DNA of 63,824 nucleotides from NCBI GenBank assembly GCA_002399235.1, contig DHDH01000049.1, positions 1 through 63,824 of the forward strand, given 5' to 3'. Source of the stretch: Firmicutes bacterium UBA4881. Its GTDB lineage: Bacteria > Bacillota > DTU065. The translations under genes and the position numbers were made by a program. The notes under the pieces were generated by a model, which saw only the letters and a list, made by a program, of their open reading frames with translations, was not told the DNA's origin and did not search any database. Within the stretch, counting starts at the first letter, position 1, and every line of letters starts with the position of its first letter. Shown here in pieces: positions 31,152 to 40,961 of this stretch.

Positions 31152-32219
31152 TTGGTTAATTTAAGAGATTATGGGCTTATTCCCGAAACGCTACCAAAAG
31201 ATATAAATGGTATTCCTGCCCGAATTACGGCAGTACATAGAGAACGCTATGAGATTGTTTGCGAATACAGTGAAACATTCGCAAGTCTAAAAGCAGGCGT
31301 TTATTATAATGACGGGTTAGAAAGCTTTCCTACTACAGGAGATTTTGTGCTAATTCAATATAACCCTAGCGGGGTTAGTTTAATAATTAAAACCCTAGAG
31401 CGAAAATCAAAATTTTCTCGTAATGATTTCTCTGGTCACGCAGTAGGCTATGTGAAAACCGTGTTGGAACAAGTAGTAGCAGCAAATTTTGATTATGTTT
31501 TTATTATGGCATCTCTAAATAAGGATTTTAATATTAGCAGGATCGAACGTTATCTTACTCTTGCCTGGCAAAGTGGTGCCTTTCCAGTAGTTGTACTAAC
31601 CAAAGCTGATTTGGTTGATGATTTCACAGCCCAAGTTGGTATGGTAGAAAAAATAGCATTGGGTGTAGAGGTATTTGCAGTTAGTGCTAAAACTGGTTTT
31701 GGTATCGATAAGCTAAGTAGCTACTTAAAACCAGGTAAGACTATTGTATTTCTAGGTTCAAGTGGTGTCGGCAAGTCAAGTCTTGTCAACACACTTGCCG
31801 AAGAGGAAATTATGAAGGTAAACGTAATTCGTGAGGACGATTCAAAAGGTCGTCACACGACCACTCATAGGCAATTAATTAAGCTTAATAATGGTGTAAT
31901 GATAATTGATACACCAGGGATGCGTGAACTTGGGCTGTGGGACGTTACAGAGGGGCTTGGAGAAACGTTTTCTGATGTGGAAGTTTTTTTCGGCAAATGT
32001 AAATTTTCGAATTGCAGTCATCAAAGTGAGCCAGGTTGTGCTATTAAAGTAGCTATCGAAAACGGCGCTTTACCCTTGGAGCGATGGAACAGTTACCTTA
32101 AACTAAAAAAAGAAGCTCGTTTTTGTGACGACAAAGCAGAATATCTGCGTAAAAAAACTGAGTGGGGTAAGTCAATTGCTAAATATAGCAAAGAAATAAA
32201 AAAAAGAGGTAAAGTATAA
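31152..32219 (+). CDS. rsgA: ribosome small subunit-dependent GTPase A (long paralog type)
   Basis: Circularly permuted G motifs TKAD, GSSGVGKS, GRHTTT, DTPG; zinc finger CKFSNCSH..EPGC. Confidence 0.92.
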   Translation: MVNLRDYGLIPETLPKDINGIPARITAVHRERYEIVCEYSETFASLKAGVYYNDGLESFPTTGDFVLIQYNPSGVSLIIKTLERKSKFSRNDFSGHAVGYVKTVLEQVVAANFDYVFIMASLNKDFNISRIERYLTLAWQSGAFPVVVLTKADLVDDFTAQVGMVEKIALGVEVFAVSAKTGFGIDKLSSYLKPGKTIVFLGSSGVGKSSLVNTLAEEEIMKVNVIREDDSKGRHTTTHRQLIKLNNGVMIIDTPGMRELGLWDVTEGLGETFSDVEVFFGKCKFSNCSHQSEPGCAIKVAIENGALPLERWNSYLKLKKEARFCDDKAEYLRKKTEWGKSIAKYSKEIKKRGKV

Positions 32220-32371
32220 TGGCCCATCAAGGTCTTCTTGATCCGCAAAAATTTATTTCGTAAGAAATAATCCTAAGGTATCTCTAATGAGGTGCCTTTT
32301 TTCTTTACCTCATAATTTAACTTTATCAAAGGATCGATGCATTCTAACCCTTAATTTCGAACTTACTTTTT

Positions 32372-32400
32372 GTATATCCTGACTCCATTCTGACATGCTA
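32372..32400 (+). promoter_or_regulatory. possible sigG/sigF-type forespore promoter
   Basis: GTATA-17 nt-CATGCTA fits GnATA-N17/18-CATnnTA; no obvious sigA pair seen nearby. Confidence 0.45.
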
Positions 32401-32427
32401 AATAGAGGATTGCAGGAGGAGATAAAA

Positions 32428-34311
32428 ATGGAACTTAGTCTAGGAATTGATATCGGTTCGACAACACTTAAATTAGCTGGTCTCTATAGTGATGGCACAC
32501 TAGCACCTATAGTTATTAAGGAACTTATTAGTGATCAGCCCCTACCCCAGATCCTTACTGAGACCTTCAGAGAATATACCTCACAATATGGGCAGCCAGA
32601 CTACCTAGGTCTAACTGGTTCCGGGCAAAAGTTAGGTGCTTATATACTCGGTACAACTTGTACAGCTACTGAGATCATTGCTCATGCCAAGGGTTGCGCT
32701 TTCTTAGCTAAAAAGCTACAACTACCTCCACCCAAAGCAATTGTAGAGATCGGTGGACAAGATAGTAAATTGATCCTTTTAAAAGATGAAGTGCCTATCG
32801 CTTTTAACATGAACAGTATCTGCTCTGCTGGTACTGGCGAGTTTTTAAGACACACTCTTTCCGAACTCTCTTTACCTTTCCTTGAATTTAATCAGGCTGT
32901 GCTTCATAGTCCTGGTACTCAGAGCTTAGAAGATACCTGCACCGTTTTCGCTAGACGATCTTTTCGCCATGCTGGCCAAAATGGAGTACCTCTTGAACTA
33001 CGCCTTAAAGGTTTAACAGAGGCTATTTTAAAAAACTATTTACGTACTGTTGCTAAAAACAGGTCCTTACCAACCCCCATCTATTTTCTCGGTGGCTTAT
33101 CTAAATGTTCTGCCATAGCTTTAACTTTAGCAGAACTAACTGGCAAAACTATTATCGTACCACCGCATTCACAAGGCATTGGAGCTCTAGGCATGGCTGT
33201 TTTGGCTAAAAAAGAAGCTAAACAGATTACTTCCCAGTTAGCAACAACTTCTTTTTCCCTTAATTCTGGTTATTGCCAAGGATGCGTTAATAACTGTGAA
33301 CTGACAGTTTTAACTAATTCCACTCAAACATATTTCTTAGGGGGTCGTTGTGAGAGTGCTGGCAGAGGAGGGTTAAGTTCAACTTTAGCAATAAAAAGAC
33401 CTACCATTAATAAAAAGCCTGCACCTAATAAACAAAAGCTAAAAAGCTCCGAAACAGAGGGCTGGGCTATAGGCTTAGATGCTGGATCTAGGCAGTTGAA
33501 AGCAGCTTTAGTTCAGCAAGGAGAACTTATCTTTTTACATACTGAAACCACGGATGCTAATCTCAGCGAGCAAGTAAAAAAGGTCTTGAATCTTTTAATT
33601 AGGCATTTACCACCTCATACTCCCTTTTCTCTAATGACAACAGGTAGTGGTGGTCGTTATTTAAGTCGCTTATTAGCAAAGGATGAGCGCTTATATGAAA
33701 CCGAAATTATCTGTCACTTAAAAGCAGCTAACCACATTTACCCTCAGGTAGGTAGTGTTATTGATGTAGGTGGTAATGACAGTAAAGTGATCATTCAAAG
33801 TAGTTCTAGTTTAGACTTCGCTATGAACGACCGCTGTGCAGCTGGAACTGGCTCCTTTTTAGAACAGTTAGCTCGTCGGTTTGATCTCTCGTTGGGGGCA
33901 GCTACCGAGTTAGCTCTAAAATCTAATAAACCAGCTAGAATAGCTTCCCGTTGTGCTGTCTTAGCTGAAACAGATATCATCCACAAAATGCGCTCTGGTG
34001 CTTTGCCAGAAGATCTACTACTTGGTGCTTGCTATTCTTTAGCTAGAACCTTTATCTCCGATACTTTACATGGCCGCACTCTCGTAACGCCTGTTGTGTT
34101 CCAAGGTGGTGCTTTTTTAAATGCAGCTTTGTTACGTGCTTTTATAGATTTACTAGGCCTTAAGGAAAACGAATATCATATTGCTCAAGATAAACGTCTT
34201 TTAGTTGGGGCTGGAGCTTTAGGAGCAGCTCTTTATGCTTCCGAAAATAGTATTCCTTTTGGTAGCTTAAGCCCAACTCTACATTATTCTAAGGTAGGTG
34301 GCAGCTTTTGA
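32428..34311 (+). CDS. tandem acyl-CoA dehydratase activase (2x BadF/BcrAD ATPase) with linker Cys cluster; PlsA/Ger-like
   Basis: GIDIGSTT..EIGGQDSK..MNSICSAGTG..CTVFA and GLDAGS..DVGGNDSK..MNDRCAAGTG..CAVLA; linker CQGCVNNC..GGRC. Start 32428 behind AGGAGG. Confidence 0.9.
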   Translation: MELSLGIDIGSTTLKLAGLYSDGTLAPIVIKELISDQPLPQILTETFREYTSQYGQPDYLGLTGSGQKLGAYILGTTCTATEIIAHAKGCAFLAKKLQLPPPKAIVEIGGQDSKLILLKDEVPIAFNMNSICSAGTGEFLRHTLSELSLPFLEFNQAVLHSPGTQSLEDTCTVFARRSFRHAGQNGVPLELRLKGLTEAILKNYLRTVAKNRSLPTPIYFLGGLSKCSAIALTLAELTGKTIIVPPHSQGIGALGMAVLAKKEAKQITSQLATTSFSLNSGYCQGCVNNCELTVLTNSTQTYFLGGRCESAGRGGLSSTLAIKRPTINKKPAPNKQKLKSSETEGWAIGLDAGSRQLKAALVQQGELIFLHTETTDANLSEQVKKVLNLLIRHLPPHTPFSLMTTGSGGRYLSRLLAKDERLYETEIICHLKAANHIYPQVGSVIDVGGNDSKVIIQSSSSLDFAMNDRCAAGTGSFLEQLARRFDLSLGAATELALKSNKPARIASRCAVLAETDIIHKMRSGALPEDLLLGACYSLARTFISDTLHGRTLVTPVVFQGGAFLNAALLRAFIDLLGLKENEYHIAQDKRLLVGAGALGAALYASENSIPFGSLSPTLHYSKVGGSF

Positions 34312-36521
34312 AGATCGGTATACCGCTCGTATTTTCTGGCCGTGCACCTCAAGTTAGTTGCCTGGCTCAGGTTCTAACTGATGTAGGCCTAGATATTGAG
34401 ACAACTAGCAAAACAACCCCTGATCTTTGGGAAAATGCTTTATCTTTAGGTAGCAATGAAACCTGTCTTCCGGTAAGAATCTATATTGCTCATTGCCACA
34501 AGTTAGTTAACAAAAAGAAAGTAGATGTACTTCTCGCCCCCAACATTTGGCGAGAAGTCGAAGGATCTGCAGCTTGTGCTAAGTATAGGGATGTGGGTGG
34601 TATCGCCTTAAGAGCACTCTCCTCAACCTTAGACTATGCTCTAGGTCATTTCCCTTTCTTATTACAACCAAATCTTCTCACTCCTAAAAAAGAAGATTTG
34701 GGGCCTGTTTTAGTTAGTTTAATTAACGATCTGGATCGAATTAGCGAAGAAAAAGGCACTTCTTTGCCACGCATAACTAAAGCAGATCTTAAAAAAGCCC
34801 TCGCTAGAGTACCTGATTTTCCTGTAATAACAGAACCTACTTTAGAAAATAAGCCGCGCCTGGGATTGATTGCCAGACGTTACCTTTTAGACGATCCTTT
34901 GCTCTCTTTGAATGTAGAAAAGTTTTTTACTAGCAAAGGCTTTCAAGTTCTGACTCCTTACGATCTACCCGATAAGTATTTAACTAAAGATGGCCTACCT
35001 TATGGTAGTTATTACGATTCGCACATTCAAAGCGAACAGTTTCTCCATTGGGGAAAGGATAAATTGGATGGTATTATTATCCTTTCTAGCTTTGCTTGTC
35101 ATCCTGATGCTTTTTTAGGTCCTTATCTAGAAGAACAAGCTCATAAAGTAGGGTTACTCGCCTGGCACTTTGTCTGTGATAGCAATGTTGACTTGGGTGG
35201 CTTTATCACCAGATTTGAAACTATCGCTACTCTTCTCCAGCAACCAAAACCTAAAAGTCCTGAACCAAGTTTAGTCCTCCTACCAGCGACTCCTTCTCCT
35301 AAAGCACAAAGTTTTATCACTTGGCCTTACATGGGCGAACCTTTGAATCTTAGTCTCAAACAATTAGCTTATGATCTAGGTTTAGAAGACAAATGTTTGG
35401 TTCCCGAGCCTCCTACATCGGAAACAATGAAAAAAGGAAGTACTGATTTTGCTGAAACTTGTTGTCCTTATGCCTTAACTTCAGGTAGTTTAGAGGAGAG
35501 CGTTGTAAGCGCCTACACAAAAATTAAGGCACCTATCGATGTAAATATTCTAATGCTTCATGGTGAAGGTCCTTGTGCTTTTGGTTGGTATAGTATTGCT
35601 ATGAAAGATAAACTCCCGGCTAAATTGCACAAAGTTTCTTCCGATATCTCAATTAACTGGATCACAACTGGTATGGATCAGCCAGTAAACTTTTGGCAAG
35701 ACCTCGCAGCTTTGTGCTCCCAAGAAAAGCAAAAGCTACTTAATAATATTAAATCACCACTATCTTTTTTACGACCAACTAACCTACCCACTGTCTTAGC
35801 AATCGCTCGTCATGCTTATACGAAACTTCAGCTAGCAGAAAAAATAAAAGGGTTATATCTTTTAGCCCTTCCCATTGGTGGTAAAATCGCTGAAGAGCTA
35901 TACAGCACTTGTTTAACTTCTCTAGATCAAGCTAAAAATATATCGTCTATGTACCGAAACTATGCTTCCGCAGTAGTATTATTTCAAAGCATAATCTCTC
36001 AACGCCAGATCCCTAGAGTAATCGTAGTTGGCGAAATCTATGTAGCTATCACACCTTATGCTAACCGCTATACTGTAGATAAATTGTTAGGAGAAAATGG
36101 GGTCCAGGTAGTTGAAGGAGTCAATGTTAGCCACTACTTAGCTTTTTCAGTAAAACCTGTCTTAAAAAAGTTCCTTGCTAACCTGGGTCTGGTAAAAACT
36201 CTAAATCGAAAAGGCCTCAAGCTATTCGCTCAAGGCCTTAGAGACAATGATGCTGCCCCTTATTTAAATTTTGAAGTTGGTGGTGATGGGGTCCTTTCTG
36301 TTGGTGCAGCTAAAAGAGGCTTAAAAAATGGTGTGCAAGGAATAGTACATATCTACCCTCTCAATTGTATGCCTGAGATAATTGCTAAACCCGCATTGCA
36401 AGAACTGGCTGCTTTACATAAGGTTCCTTACCTAGGTCTCTCTTTTAATAGAGAAACGGACACCGAAAGGTTAATCACTGAGGTTCGTACCTTTACCCGC
36501 CTAGTTGGTGCTTCTTTATAG
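34308..36521 (+). CDS. fused DUF2229 + 2-hydroxyacyl-CoA dehydratase-like reductase (PlsR-like)
   Basis: MKIGIP..ETCLP..CAK..FACHPD first half; ETCCPY..GPCAFG..VVGEIY..PLNCMPE second half; start overlaps the upstream stop. Confidence 0.85.
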   Translation: MKIGIPLVFSGRAPQVSCLAQVLTDVGLDIETTSKTTPDLWENALSLGSNETCLPVRIYIAHCHKLVNKKKVDVLLAPNIWREVEGSAACAKYRDVGGIALRALSSTLDYALGHFPFLLQPNLLTPKKEDLGPVLVSLINDLDRISEEKGTSLPRITKADLKKALARVPDFPVITEPTLENKPRLGLIARRYLLDDPLLSLNVEKFFTSKGFQVLTPYDLPDKYLTKDGLPYGSYYDSHIQSEQFLHWGKDKLDGIIILSSFACHPDAFLGPYLEEQAHKVGLLAWHFVCDSNVDLGGFITRFETIATLLQQPKPKSPEPSLVLLPATPSPKAQSFITWPYMGEPLNLSLKQLAYDLGLEDKCLVPEPPTSETMKKGSTDFAETCCPYALTSGSLEESVVSAYTKIKAPIDVNILMLHGEGPCAFGWYSIAMKDKLPAKLHKVSSDISINWITTGMDQPVNFWQDLAALCSQEKQKLLNNIKSPLSFLRPTNLPTVLAIARHAYTKLQLAEKIKGLYLLALPIGGKIAEELYSTCLTSLDQAKNISSMYRNYASAVVLFQSIISQRQIPRVIVVGEIYVAITPYANRYTVDKLLGENGVQVVEGVNVSHYLAFSVKPVLKKFLANLGLVKTLNRKGLKLFAQGLRDNDAAPYLNFEVGGDGVLSVGAAKRGLKNGVQGIVHIYPLNCMPEIIAKPALQELAALHKVPYLGLSFNRETDTERLITEVRTFTRLVGASL

Positions 36522-37391
36522 TAAGAAATTTAATAAACCAATTGCTCTGGCTAAAATGAGCGTTATACCCAGAATGCCTACTATCATCTGGGTCTGGCGC
36601 TCTTTATTACTTCTTAGATAACCAGCGCCAGGGCCGATAACCATTCCTAATAGAAAGCCACCCAAAAGGCCTCCTGTATGTGACCAAACATCGATATTCG
36701 CATGTGGTAGCAAAGCTATGAGAAAGTTAATGCCCAGAATTCTAAAAAGAGAGCCTTGAATCTCAGGTGATACATGCTGATAACGAAAGATACGGGCATA
36801 GAGTACAAAGCCAAAAAGGCCAAAAATAGCACCTGATGCTCCGACAGAAAGAATATAGGGGTTGACTAAATAAGTGAAGGCTGCGCCCAATATTCCTGAC
36901 CCAAAATAAACAAGAGCAAAGCGCTTTTTACCCATTGTGCTTTCTAAAATATTACCTAAAACATAAAGAGCGTACATGTTAAAGAAAATATGGGTTAAGC
37001 TTCCGTGCATGAACATAGTGGTAAAAAAGCGATAGTACTGCTTATATAGATAGATAGCAGGGCCAAAAAGAGCCAACGATCCCGTTAACCCCGAGAAAAC
37101 TTGGGCAAGTGCATACATAATAATATTAGCTATAATAATGAGCTCATAGAGATTCTTGCGAATCCATATTGGTTTGGACCACTGTCTATTACTTTGATTG
37201 GCTCGTTGCCTAAAAAGCTGCTCTTCTTTTCGTTTCAGTGACTCATATTCTCGTAATAGTTCTGCCTTGCTGGCTTTTAATTCTTGTCTTTTGGCCCAAG
37301 TGGCTTCTTCTCTAGCTTTCAGATCTGCTTGCCAGGCTTGGAGATTCTCCTTAGTAAGAGGCAGTCCTCTTCGTTCGAGAAAATCCATCAT
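36516..37391 (-). CDS. rhomboid intramembrane serine protease with N-terminal coiled coil
   Basis: H.FFNM, GASG (catalytic Ser) and HTGG (catalytic His); charged helical N-terminus. Confidence 0.92.
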   Translation of the reverse strand: MMDFLERRGLPLTKENLQAWQADLKAREEATWAKRQELKASKAELLREYESLKRKEEQLFRQRANQSNRQWSKPIWIRKNLYELIIIANIIMYALAQVFSGLTGSLALFGPAIYLYKQYYRFFTTMFMHGSLTHIFFNMYALYVLGNILESTMGKKRFALVYFGSGILGAAFTYLVNPYILSVGASGAIFGLFGFVLYARIFRYQHVSPEIQGSLFRILGINFLIALLPHANIDVWSHTGGLLGGFLLGMVIGPGAGYLRSNKERQTQMIVGILGITLILARAIGLLNFLL

Positions 37392-37420
37392 TATCCCTCC
37401 CCTCGCTTGCAGACATCCAA

Positions 37421-37582
37421 TTAGCTGCGTTCAAGATATTCAATACGATCTTCTAGTACTTGAATCTCTCTTTTAATCTGTTCAATCTCTAGATCAAGAT
37501 AATAGTTCTCCTCGTCAAGCTTTTTTAGTCTTTCTTCTCTTTCTAAGAGTTTTAGACGTTCTCGCTCGAGCATATTGTTCAT
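37421..37582 (-). CDS. 53-aa coiled-coil microprotein (not in ORF track)
   Basis: ATGA overlap with the degV stop; MNNMLERERLKLLEREERLKKLDEENYYLDLEIEQIKREIQVLEDRIEYLERS; fills the gap to the rhomboid SD. Confidence 0.7.
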   Translation of the reverse strand: MNNMLERERLKLLEREERLKKLDEENYYLDLEIEQIKREIQVLEDRIEYLERS

Positions 37583-38445
37583 TTTTCTTCTTCTCCACCT
37601 TGTTTGTTAGATAAGAAAAAGAGGGCAATAGTCCCAGGACCAGAGTGAGCGCCAATTACAGGGCTAATTTCGGCTTCGATGAAATTGGTTACCCCATATT
37701 TCGTTTGGATAGCCTCTTTAAGCTCAGCTGCGGTCTCTGGATTATCAGCATGGCTGATGCCTATTCTCTGTGAAGGTATATCGACACCACGCTCATCCAT
37801 AATCTCTAACATACGGTTAATCACCTGTTTGGTAGAACGGGCTTTGTCAAACTGATGAATTGCTCCATCGACAAAGTGCAGAATCGGTTTAATCTTCAGC
37901 ATACCACCAATAATTGCTTTCATCGAACTAATTCTGCCTCCACGTTTCAAATAGACTAAATCATCGACAGCGAAAATATGTTCTAGTCTGGAGATGAGAA
38001 ACTCTAGTCTAGCTGTAATCTCTTCCGCGGAAGCTCCTTTTTCGGCCATCTCAGCTGCTTCTAATACCAAAAGTCCATGACCTGTACTAGCTGCTTTGCT
38101 ATCAATGAGGAAAACTTCGGGATTATTAAGTTCTTGCAATAAAAGATTTGCTGTTTGGAAAGTACCACTTAAACGGCTTGAAAACACGATATAATAAGGT
38201 ATTTCATTTTGCTCGATAACTTTATTAACAGTATCTTGCATATCCTTATATAGGACTTGACTGGTTCTAGCTACAGCCCCAGCTCTCATATCTTTATAAA
38301 ATTTATTGGTATCTAATTCCAAGCCATTATAAACTTTGCCATCCAGTTCAACACCCATGCCAAGCATTACAATGCCTTTTTCTTGAATTAATTCTTTGGG
38401 TAAATCTGCACCTGTATCAGTTATAATTCTTACACGTTTGTTCAC
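37579..38445 (-). CDS. DegV family fatty-acid-binding protein (FakB-like)
   Basis: IITDT, TSQ, SS.LSGT, IDS, L.RGGR, KPIL and GAHSGP motifs. Confidence 0.93.
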   Translation of the reverse strand: MNKRVRIITDTGADLPKELIQEKGIVMLGMGVELDGKVYNGLELDTNKFYKDMRAGAVARTSQVLYKDMQDTVNKVIEQNEIPYYIVFSSRLSGTFQTANLLLQELNNPEVFLIDSKAASTGHGLLVLEAAEMAEKGASAEEITARLEFLISRLEHIFAVDDLVYLKRGGRISSMKAIIGGMLKIKPILHFVDGAIHQFDKARSTKQVINRMLEIMDERGVDIPSQRIGISHADNPETAAELKEAIQTKYGVTNFIEAEISPVIGAHSGPGTIALFFLSNKQGGEEEK

Positions 38446-38897
38446 TTCAATACCCCCAAAACAAAGTGATGTAATTTTTTAGTCTTATCTCGATGTAATA
38501 ATTTCTTATAAATAGATAGTAGTTCGTTCTCTCTTTATTCCTTACGGGCAATATTTAAAAACGCTCATTATCTTCTAGGTATCCGTAACTTTGTCTCTTA
38601 ACAATTAAGTTAACAACAGTTAACTTTCCTTTTATCTCCCCTTATTAATATTTGTTTATCCTTATTATATTCTTTTCCTAGCTATACCGGCAACTTAAGG
38701 TTATAGTTAAAAGTTTTAGCTCTTTTTCACTAACTAGTTAGTAAAACTCGGAAAAACCATTCTCTTTTCCTTTAGTTCTACATTAAATATACAAATCCTA
38801 TTTATACTCGCTTTCCACTACCAAATAAGCAAAAAGCACCGTTGTAACAGTGCTTTTTCTTTATCTAATAAGCTCAATTTTTCTCTTACCTCAAGTT

Positions 38898-39239
38898 TTA
38901 CTCCCACTTTTGCCAAACTTCAGGGCAATAGCCAACTGTCGCTTGTCTACCATTTCGTACAATGGGGGTCTTAAAAAACCGGGGATTAGCTAACAACTTT
39001 TCTTCTTTGTCACTATCGTTAGCTAGATAACGAAGTAAGATAGCATCGGCAGCTTTTTCATCAATTAAGGCCATAAAAGAGCCGATAGCTATTTTAACAC
39101 TATTTAACTCACCCTTACTCATACCATATTTCGCAACATCGATCATTTGGTAAGGAATTTTGCGTTCCTTAAAATAGCGTTCAGCTTTTCTGGTATCAAA
39201 ACATTTTGCTTTACCGAATATTTGAATGTTCATTTTCAT
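38898..39239 (-). CDS. ArsC/Spx family protein
   Basis: IQIFG..KCFDT.KAER.FKER and KTPIVRNG..ATVG motifs. Confidence 0.88.
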   Translation of the reverse strand: MKMNIQIFGKAKCFDTRKAERYFKERKIPYQMIDVAKYGMSKGELNSVKIAIGSFMALIDEKAADAILLRYLANDSDKEEKLLANPRFFKTPIVRNGRQATVGYCPEVWQKWE

Positions 39240-39372
39240 AATCCCCTATCTGGATTTAACTACAATGTTATTTAAACCATGTTCTATCTTCCTTATAGCA
39301 AAAGAAAACCCAAGTTCCTACTCTTTTTATTTTCCAACTAGTAATTTTACTTCATCTAGCATTAATAACATT

Positions 39373-39906
39373 TTAGTCAACAAACTTAGTGATCTCTTCT
39401 AAGCTCTTTCGCTTCTTCTCCCTTACGACATCGCTAGCAGCATAACCAACACCAATAACTAAACGGATGCGTTTAGGTTGGGGAATTTCTAATAATTCTT
39501 TGAGCTTACCTTCGTTAATCCATCCCATAACACAGGTAGAAAGACCTTGTGCTGTTGCTGCTAAACAAATGTGTGCTGTAGCAATGCCAATATCTATAGG
39601 TGCATAATTCTGGCTTTTGACCACACCACTTATTCTAGCGCTTAGCGTAGCTTTTTCTTCTATTACGACGATAAAGGCAGGACAATGATCAGTAAACTTG
39701 TTCATACCTGCATCTTGTAAACATTTAGCCACCTGAGGTGAAACCAGGGGATTGTTCACAACTATAAAACTCCAAGGCTGACTGTTACAAGCCGATGGAG
39801 CGACTCTAGCAGCCTCAATACATTTTACTAGTTTATCTTTCTCCACAGGCTTAGTAGCATAATCGCGGCAGCTCTCACGGTTATTAATTAAGTCAAAGTA
39901 ATTCAT
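39373..39906 (-). CDS. nitroreductase family protein
   Basis: RESCRDY, APSACNSQPW and GLSTC motifs; start MNYFDL behind GGGGG. Confidence 0.9.
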   Translation of the reverse strand: MNYFDLINNRESCRDYATKPVEKDKLVKCIEAARVAPSACNSQPWSFIVVNNPLVSPQVAKCLQDAGMNKFTDHCPAFIVVIEEKATLSARISGVVKSQNYAPIDIGIATAHICLAATAQGLSTCVMGWINEGKLKELLEIPQPKRIRLVIGVGYAASDVVREKKRKSLEEITKFVD

Positions 39907-40058
39907 ATCCAATCCCCCTGTCTTAATAGTAGCCTTTGAGATATTAACCAAACTATAGTTAATATAAAGTGAGGACTATGTTTCAATACCTCACCCTTAT
40001 CTAGTTGGCAAAAAAACTCCTAACGAGTATTACTTCTCGTTAGGAGTTTTTTCTACCT

Positions 40059-40757
40059 TTAATTACCAGCTATTAAAACCAAGCTTTGACGGTCCAAAAT
40101 TGTTATCTGACGATGTCCCGATAGTTTTAGCCAACCTTGGTCTTGAAAAGCAGAGAGTTTTCTACTCAAAGTCTCTTGACTGATACCTAAATGTAAAGCT
40201 AAATCTTTTTTGCTCATTGCTAGAACAACCTCATCTGAATTACCCGCGAGTTTCAAAATTGCGCTAACTACTCGTTTTTCTACGTCATATAAGCCAATGG
40301 TTTCAATTAGATTCTCAGCTTCGTATAACCTCCGACTAATTTCTGTTAATATTTTCACCGCAATCTGAGCAGAATGTAACATCAGCTCTTTTATTTTTTC
40401 GCTTTCTATCTGGCAAACTATAGTTGTTTCCATAGCTTCTGCACTACTACTAGCGGGTAAGTTAGCAAACAAAGAGAGTTCACCTAAAAAGTCTCCCTCT
40501 CCTAAAACTCGAATAATCTGTTCCTTACCAGCATCTGAGATCCGGGAAATCTTCACCTTCCCCTGGTGAATTACATAAAGTTTGTCAAGAGCATCGCCAG
40601 GGAAAAAGATCATCTCTCCTTTATTAAATTGATGTTCTGTGGTTACACGGGCCACTTCTAAAATCTCTTCAGCACTTAACTTACTAAAGATAGGAACCTT
40701 CTCGATACAACTTTTATCCTGGCTTTTTCCCTTATCTAAACAACAATGACATTTCAT
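40059..40757 (-). CDS. Crp/Fnr family regulator (FLP-like)
   Basis: cNMP-fold GDFLGELS, FNR-type recognition helix SQETLSRK, Cys-rich N-terminus; terminator at 40011-40052. Confidence 0.92.
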   Translation of the reverse strand: MKCHCCLDKGKSQDKSCIEKVPIFSKLSAEEILEVARVTTEHQFNKGEMIFFPGDALDKLYVIHQGKVKISRISDAGKEQIIRVLGEGDFLGELSLFANLPASSSAEAMETTIVCQIESEKIKELMLHSAQIAVKILTEISRRLYEAENLIETIGLYDVEKRVVSAILKLAGNSDEVVLAMSKKDLALHLGISQETLSRKLSAFQDQGWLKLSGHRQITILDRQSLVLIAGN

Positions 40758-40961
40758 AGGCTCTTCTCCTTAGACTTATTAACATCACTCTAAATACTTA
40801 GCTGTAACAGATATAGATTAGAAGTCTAATTTAAGTAGTTTTTTATACAAGTATCCATTCGTCATCAAAATTCTTCCCACTCTCATTGAGTCTGTAAATT
40901 TTTAGATCAGGAGCTTCTACTTTGTCATAATAGAAAGTGAGTAACTGTTCACCTCAAAGAG

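Noticed and set aside
40844-40955. Short protein-like frame (FYYDKVEAPDLKIYRLNESGKNFDDEWILV) as a gene remnant
   Set aside because: No in-frame start with SD and no family I can identify; it cannot be supported without a search
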